In this document: positions 58,681 through 64,000 of the stretch, in pieces
Layout of the letters: the number at the start of each line of letters is the position of its first letter
Numbering within the stretch: position 1 is the stretch's first letter
Source: an uncultured Clostridia bacterium
Lineage (GTDB): Bacteria; Bacillota; Clostridia; Christensenellales; Pumilibacteraceae
NCBI GenBank assembly: GCA_947384195.1
Contig: CANDGE010000001.1
Coordinates: forward strand, 35,398 to 99,397
Length of the DNA stretch: 64,000 nt
Direction of reading: 5' to 3'
Notes under the pieces: generated by a model
What the model was told of the DNA's origin: nothing
The model's input: the letters and a program-made list of their open reading frames with translations, nothing else
The model's database searches: none
Program-made: the position numbers and the translations under genes

Positions 58681-60099
58681 ATGAACGAAGAAAAATTATC
58701 GACGGATATTTTGAACGATCTGAGCGAGATAGTGGCTATCCCGAGCGTGTACGCCGCGCCGCAAGACGGTATGCCGTACGGCAAGGCTTGCTACGACGCG
58801 CTCGTTTGGTTTGTGGATAAAGCGCGCTCTTACGGGCTTAAAGCCGAGCTCATCGGCGGCGCTTGCGCGTACGCCGAAGTCGGCGTCGGCAAGGAATGCG
58901 TCGGCATACTCGGGCATTTGGACGTGGTCCCCGCCGGCAACGGCTGGGCGACCGACCCTTTTAAAATGATCGAGGAAAACGGCAAGGTATACGGGCGCGG
59001 CGTCGGCGACGACAAGGGCGCGGTAGTCGTGTGCTTGCACGCGCTGAAAACGCTCGCCGAGCAAAAGACGGCGCTCAAACGCCGCGTGCGGCTTATCGTC
59101 GGCGCGGACGAGGAGCGCGGCAGTTCGTGCATACGCAAGTATTCGGAAACAAAGAACGAGATACCCGTCATGTCGTTTGTGCCCGACTCGGAATTCCCCG
59201 TCATCAACAGCGAAAAGGGTATCGCGCATATTATACTCGAATTTGCCGACGGCAAGCTTTTGTCGGAAATAGCCGATATATGCGGCGCGGAATGCGCCAA
59301 TGCGGTGCCCGACAGATCGAGCGTGAAGATCGTCAAATCGGGCAAGCTGTACGCCGCGATGAGCGCCGCGTGCGGCGGAGCTCCTACGACGGAATTGTTT
59401 AAAAAAGCGCCGCTCGCCGAGCAAATAGTGTCGGCGGGCAACGGGTTTTCCGATTACGAGATATACAATACCGCGGACGGCGTCACGGTCGTCGCCAACG
59501 GTACGGCGGAACACGCGTCCACGCCCGAAAAGGGCGATAACGCGCTGTGGAAGACTTTGGGCGTGCTCGCGGCGTATAACGGCGTTATCGGTTCGCAATA
59601 TATAGAAAGGATATACGAATACTTGTGCACGCCGCTCGCAAGCGGCAAGCTCGGCGTTTATGTAGACGATCCCAAGAGCGGCGACACGTCTATGTGTCTG
59701 TCGCAAGCGTGGACGGAAAACGGCAAGCTCAAACTATTGATAGACTTTCGCTTGCCGCTCGGCGTTACGGCGGAGTTTGTTGCGGGCAAGCTGGAAAAGC
59801 ATACGGGCTGTAAAGCCGTCGTGCGCGATTATCACGAAAATTTGTACGTCGACGAAAATACGCCGCTTGTACAAACGCTGTTAAAGGTATACCGCGGCAT
59901 TACCGGCGATATGACGCCGCCGCTTAAAGTGGGAGGCGGCACGTATGCGCGAGAATTGCCCAACGCCGTTGCATTCGGTTGTACGCCGACGGATATCGAG
60001 ATCAATATGCACCGCGCCGACGAGAATTTCCCCATAGCGCAGCTCATGAAAAATTACGAGATATATCTCGCGGCGGCGATAGAATTGGCTAATCTGTGA
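58681..60099 (+). CDS. M20 family dipeptidase (PepV/Sapep-like)
   Basis: GHLDVVP, GRGVGDDKG, DEE, GGGTYAR, HRADE. Confidence 0.9.
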   Translation: MNEEKLSTDILNDLSEIVAIPSVYAAPQDGMPYGKACYDALVWFVDKARSYGLKAELIGGACAYAEVGVGKECVGILGHLDVVPAGNGWATDPFKMIEENGKVYGRGVGDDKGAVVVCLHALKTLAEQKTALKRRVRLIVGADEERGSSCIRKYSETKNEIPVMSFVPDSEFPVINSEKGIAHIILEFADGKLLSEIADICGAECANAVPDRSSVKIVKSGKLYAAMSAACGGAPTTELFKKAPLAEQIVSAGNGFSDYEIYNTADGVTVVANGTAEHASTPEKGDNALWKTLGVLAAYNGVIGSQYIERIYEYLCTPLASGKLGVYVDDPKSGDTSMCLSQAWTENGKLKLLIDFRLPLGVTAEFVAGKLEKHTGCKAVVRDYHENLYVDENTPLVQTLLKVYRGITGDMTPPLKVGGGTYARELPNAVAFGCTPTDIEINMHRADENFPIAQLMKNYEIYLAAAIELANL

Positions 60100-60217
60100 A
60101 ATGAGGATCGATTTTAATGATCGACTTTGATGCTGCGTTATCGCCGCATAACGGATTCCGCCTATAAATTTCGCACATAAACTCATACTAAATAAAACTC
60201 ATAAAGGAGAAACAATA

Positions 60218-60520
60218 ATGATAAAACTCAATCCCACAATTGATGAATTCAACGAGATCACTTCGAGCGGTAAAACGATAGTCGATTTTTGGGCGGGCTG
60301 GTGCGGTCCGTGCCGTGCGCAAGCGCCCATAGTCGAAGATATCGCCGCCACGACGGATATCAAGCTCGTAAAGATCGACGTCGACGTGGACGACACTTTG
60401 CCCGTAGACTTCGGGGTGGCGAGCATACCCACGCTCGTGCTGTTCGAGAACGGCGTAGTAGTGGAAAAGCTTATCGGTCTGAGCTCTAAGGACGAGATAC
60501 TCAAAGCGTTCGGCGGTTGA
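60218..60520 (+). CDS. trxA: Thioredoxin
   Basis: DFWAGWCGPC, SIPT. Confidence 0.93.
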   Translation: MIKLNPTIDEFNEITSSGKTIVDFWAGWCGPCRAQAPIVEDIAATTDIKLVKIDVDVDDTLPVDFGVASIPTLVLFENGVVVEKLIGLSSKDEILKAFGG

Positions 60521-60680
60521 TCTGTGTTTGAGATCGGACGGGAACGACGGACGTCATGCCGCGTTCCCGTTTTTGTTTTGCGAAAAAAAGCGCGACAAGC
60601 GTTGCCGAAGTAATTTTTATGTATTGACAAATTGCGCGCATTATAGTATAATATTGAAAATCGATTGCGGAGAGTGTGAT

Positions 60681-61484
60681 TTGTTAAAGCTTGCAATAGT
60701 GGAAAACGATAGCGAACAGGCGGCTCGGCTCGAAGGGTACGTGCGCAGGTTTGAAAATGAAAGCGGCGAAAAATGCGACGCCGTTGTTTTTCGCGACGGC
60801 GTGGACATAGTCAGCGATTATACGGGCGATTTCGACGGCGTGTTTATGGATATAGATATGCCTATGATGGACGGAATGACCGCCGCCGAAAGGATCAGAG
60901 AAACGGACGAACGGGTCTGTATAGTTTTTGTTACCGATCTGGCGCAGTATGCCTTGCGCGGATATAAGGTGAACGCGCTCGATTATTTGGTAAAACCCGT
61001 CGATTACTTTGAGTTTTCCGTCGAACTGAAAAAAATGATCCGCAGTAAAAAGGCAAACGCGAGCGAGTATATTTGGCTGTCGACTCAGGGTGCGGGCAAA
61101 AGGGTGTCGTTGCAGGATATAGCGTATGTGGATATTTTGGCGCACGACATACGTATACACGTGGACGGCGCGCGCAAGGAGGAAATAGTTTTTCGCGGCA
61201 CGCTTAAAGATATAGAAGAACGATTGGACGGTAAGCCGTTTTCGCGCTGTCACAATTGCTATATCGTAAATTTGCGATACGTTACGAGCGTGGACGGCGA
61301 CGAGATCTTGCTCGAAAACGGCGAAAGGGTGTTTATCAGCCGCAACAGGCGAAAGAAATTCATGACCGATCTTACCAACTATATCGCCGTCAACGGCGGA
61401 TATAGTCGAAAGCACGGGGGGGGGGGTTATAGAATAATATGCTTTCCAATCCCTTTGTGTTCATTTCGTATGCCGGCTATATAA
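60681..61484 (+). CDS. LytTR-family response regulator
   Basis: Receiver FMDIDMP, DYLVKP; LytTR RCHNCYIVNL, ISR; TTG start; C-terminus depends on G11 tract. Confidence 0.92.
   Translation: MLKLAIVENDSEQAARLEGYVRRFENESGEKCDAVVFRDGVDIVSDYTGDFDGVFMDIDMPMMDGMTAAERIRETDERVCIVFVTDLAQYALRGYKVNALDYLVKPVDYFEFSVELKKMIRSKKANASEYIWLSTQGAGKRVSLQDIAYVDILAHDIRIHVDGARKEEIVFRGTLKDIEERLDGKPFSRCHNCYIVNLRYVTSVDGDEILLENGERVFISRNRRKKFMTDLTNYIAVNGGYSRKHGGGGYRIICFPIPLCSFRMPAI
61416..61426 (+). repeat. G11 homopolymer
   Basis: 11 consecutive G near the end of the response regulator. Confidence 0.9.
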
Positions 61485-62719
61485 CGTTCTTTTTCGAGCT
61501 TGTCGTAATACAATTTTTATTTATGCGCAAGTTTGCGCGGCGATCGTTCTTTTGGATCAGGCTGTCCGTCTGCGTGGCGGTATCGGTAGCGTTCGTATTT
61601 TTTCCGACGCTCCCGATCGGCGCAGTCAATACGGCGTTCTTTTTCGTGCTCGCTTACGTTATTTGTTGCGCGGCGTTTTGCTTTAAGGCTAACGTGTTCA
61701 ACTGTATATTTTACGGGCTTACCGCATGGGCGGTACAGCATATGGCGTGGAGCTTTTATCTGATCGCGTGTATGCTTTTCAAAATGGATACGGCGGTGAC
61801 CGTCGTCGTGTATTTGGGAATATACGCCGTCACGTACGCCGCTATGTTTTTTGCGTTTTCGTTCGGGCACGACGATTACGTAATACACCGCGAGCGGCTT
61901 ATGGCGGGCATTATTTCCGCCGTCGTGCTGTTCGTCACGACCGTGCTGTACGACTTTTCGGTGCTCGACGACGGGTATTCCGTTTGGACGTCGCTGTATG
62001 CGGCGATACTTTCGCTTACTATACTGTTCGTGCAGTTCGGCATACTGTCCAAGGACTTTTTGCGCAGAAAGAGCGAGCAGTTGGAGTTGGATAAGGCGAC
62101 GCTCGAAAAACTGTTGTACAGCCGTAACAAACAGCAAATGCTGGCTAACGAAACGGTGGAGATAATCAATCGCAAGTGTCACGACCTTAAACATCAAATA
62201 TCCCTGTTGCGTTCGGAGCACGGCGCGCGCAAGGACGCTTTTCTCGACGAGATAGAAAAAGCGGTGATGGTGTACGGCGATATTGCCAAAACGGGCAATA
62301 ATGCGTTGGACATCACGCTCACCGAAAAATGCTTGCTTTGCGGCGAGCGCGGCGTCAAGTTCACGTATATAGTCGACGGCGAGAGCCTTAACGTGCTCGA
62401 TCCCGTCGACGTGTCGGCTTTGTTCGGGAACATTTTGGACAACGCCATAGAGAGCGTTGCGAGCGAGCCCGCCGAACGCAAGATAATACGGCTCAACGTG
62501 TCCGTCGTACACGGGTATCTGCGCATACATTGCGAAAACTATTGCGGACACGATGTGGCGTTCGAGAATGGTCTGCCCGCGCCCGATCCCCAAAAGGGCG
62601 ATTATCACGGGTTCGGCACGCGGAGCATAAGATATATCGCGGAAAAGTACGACGGCAACGTCGTTATGGAGCGCAAGGACGAATTGTTCAACGTAAATAT
62701 AATAATACCCGTTCGGTAA
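61439..62719 (+). CDS. Membrane sensor histidine kinase (AgrC/VirS-like GHKL)
   Basis: About 6-7 TM, HDLKHQ, GNILDNAIE, HGFG. Confidence 0.92.
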   Translation: MLSNPFVFISYAGYITFFFELVVIQFLFMRKFARRSFFWIRLSVCVAVSVAFVFFPTLPIGAVNTAFFFVLAYVICCAAFCFKANVFNCIFYGLTAWAVQHMAWSFYLIACMLFKMDTAVTVVVYLGIYAVTYAAMFFAFSFGHDDYVIHRERLMAGIISAVVLFVTTVLYDFSVLDDGYSVWTSLYAAILSLTILFVQFGILSKDFLRRKSEQLELDKATLEKLLYSRNKQQMLANETVEIINRKCHDLKHQISLLRSEHGARKDAFLDEIEKAVMVYGDIAKTGNNALDITLTEKCLLCGERGVKFTYIVDGESLNVLDPVDVSALFGNILDNAIESVASEPAERKIIRLNVSVVHGYLRIHCENYCGHDVAFENGLPAPDPQKGDYHGFGTRSIRYIAEKYDGNVVMERKDELFNVNIIIPVR

Positions 62720-62905
62720 AGACAGCCGCCGAATTTTCTTTCGTTCGGATCGCGTATTATCTATTCGTTTCGATCCGAGAGCGCGCGCGATCGCAAAGTT
62801 TTTTCCGAAAAAGTCAAAAAAAGTACCGACCGAGCGCAAAATGCGCCGAAATAAAAGAAAAGCGTTATAATCGAGCCATCAAATAAACCTTTTAAGGAGG
62901 ATGTG

Positions 62906-64000
62906 ATGGCAAAAACCAAAAGGATCTTGCGTGGCTTGGGTATGGCTTCCGCGGTAATGCTTGCGGCGTCTATAACGTGCGGCTCTATCATGGAACAGTA
63001 TCCCGCTCCGCTCGACGCGCTGTTCGGAACGTTAAGTTCCAAGGTGGTCTCGGAAAAGACCGAAGAAAAGGACTGGCTCTACGAATCTAAGTTCAAGACG
63101 GCGAAGGATGCTTTCGACGGCTTTAAAGAGTTTGCGATAAAGGAATCGCACGAAACTTTCGCATTGCTTAAAAACAACAATGCGGCGTTGCCGATCTCCA
63201 AAACCGCAAAAGTGACGATGATGGGCTTGCGCAGTTATGCGCCGGTATACGGCAACAGCGGCGGCAGTATCGCCGACAAAAAGACGGTCGAAAACGGCAA
63301 CACGATTACCGACGCGTTCAAAGGGAGCGGTTTTCAACTCAACCCGTCAATGCTCAAAGCATACGAAAAATATTGCAGTACTCTTTCTTGGGGCGGTCAG
63401 GGTTTCGGCGCGACGCCGCCGGAGTATGTCGGTCTCGCGGATACAAGCGTGATCTCCGAATTGAGCAAGGCGGAGCTTGCGCAATACAACCCCGATTTCG
63501 CGAGCGAATATGCGCAATATAACGATGCGGCGATAGTGGTTGTAGGCCGTCCCGGCGGCGAAAACAAAAACTACGTGCCGGGCGGACAGGATACCGCTAC
63601 GGGCAATGTTTTCGGATTGTCGGTCAAAGAAAAAGAGATCATCAAAGAAGCAAAGGACAACTTCGATAAAGTTATCGTTCTTGTCAATTCCACATGCCAG
63701 ATGGAGCTTAAAGAGCTTAAAGACGACCCGGACATCGATGCGATCTTGTGGGTGGGTTTTCCGGGCGCGTACGGTTTTTGGGGCGTAGCGGACGTGCTTA
63801 ACGGCACGGCGAACCCGTCGGCATATCTCGGCGATATTTACGCCGCCAACTCCGACGTCAATCCCGCCATGATGAATTTCGGCGCGGAAACGCCGTGGGT
63901 CGATGCGGAGGACTTCGATAAGGCAAGCAACGTCAATTCGTATCTCGTTCAGGCGGAAGGTATTTACACGGGTTACCGTTACTATGAAACGCGTTACGAA
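62906..64000 (+). CDS. Glycoside hydrolase family 3 (permuted domain order), partial at window end
   Basis: SD AAGGAGG; N-terminal hydrophobic segment; LLKNNNAALP, WVGFPG, EGIYTGYRYYETRY. Confidence 0.85.
   Translation, partial: MAKTKRILRGLGMASAVMLAASITCGSIMEQYPAPLDALFGTLSSKVVSEKTEEKDWLYESKFKTAKDAFDGFKEFAIKESHETFALLKNNNAALPISKTAKVTMMGLRSYAPVYGNSGGSIADKKTVENGNTITDAFKGSGFQLNPSMLKAYEKYCSTLSWGGQGFGATPPEYVGLADTSVISELSKAELAQYNPDFASEYAQYNDAAIVVVGRPGGENKNYVPGGQDTATGNVFGLSVKEKEIIKEAKDNFDKVIVLVNSTCQMELKELKDDPDIDAILWVGFPGAYGFWGVADVLNGTANPSAYLGDIYAANSDVNPAMMNFGAETPWVDAEDFDKASNVNSYLVQAEGIYTGYRYYETRYE

Noticed and set aside
1-64000. tRNA, rRNA, or T-box leaders at metG and gltX
   Set aside because: None recognised; the upstream regions are too short for T-boxes

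Overview
A moderately GC-rich chromosomal segment from a Clostridia-type (Bacillota) bacterium; the lineage is inferred from gene content only. Most of the window is housekeeping or metabolic: ROK kinase, rubrerythrin, tilS, rsmI, dnaA (without dnaN), an AraC-linked galT-galK-galE-galM operon, dnaX, nadE, cysK, ABC transporters, metG-tatD, gltX, trxA, a LytTR two-component pair, a partial GH3 gene and two large surface proteins. The main accessory feature is an AT-richer mobile element at about 31.8-37.1 kb. It carries an IS30-family DDE transposase, a hairpin-rich ssoA-like non-coding region, a repressor facing a DUF932 operon across twin promoters, and small orphan genes. No relaxase, Rep or capsid gene is recognisable. 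A 14-bp motif is repeated directly at both ends, and a longer inverted copy of the left end sits in an internal structured non-coding block. Other signals: an A10 slippage site in dnaX (tau/gamma-like), several apparently leaderless genes, an islet of Cys4 paralogs and XRE genes, a dispersed REP-like repeat, and a G11 tract at the LytTR/kinase junction. All calls come from reading the sequence; no searches were run.
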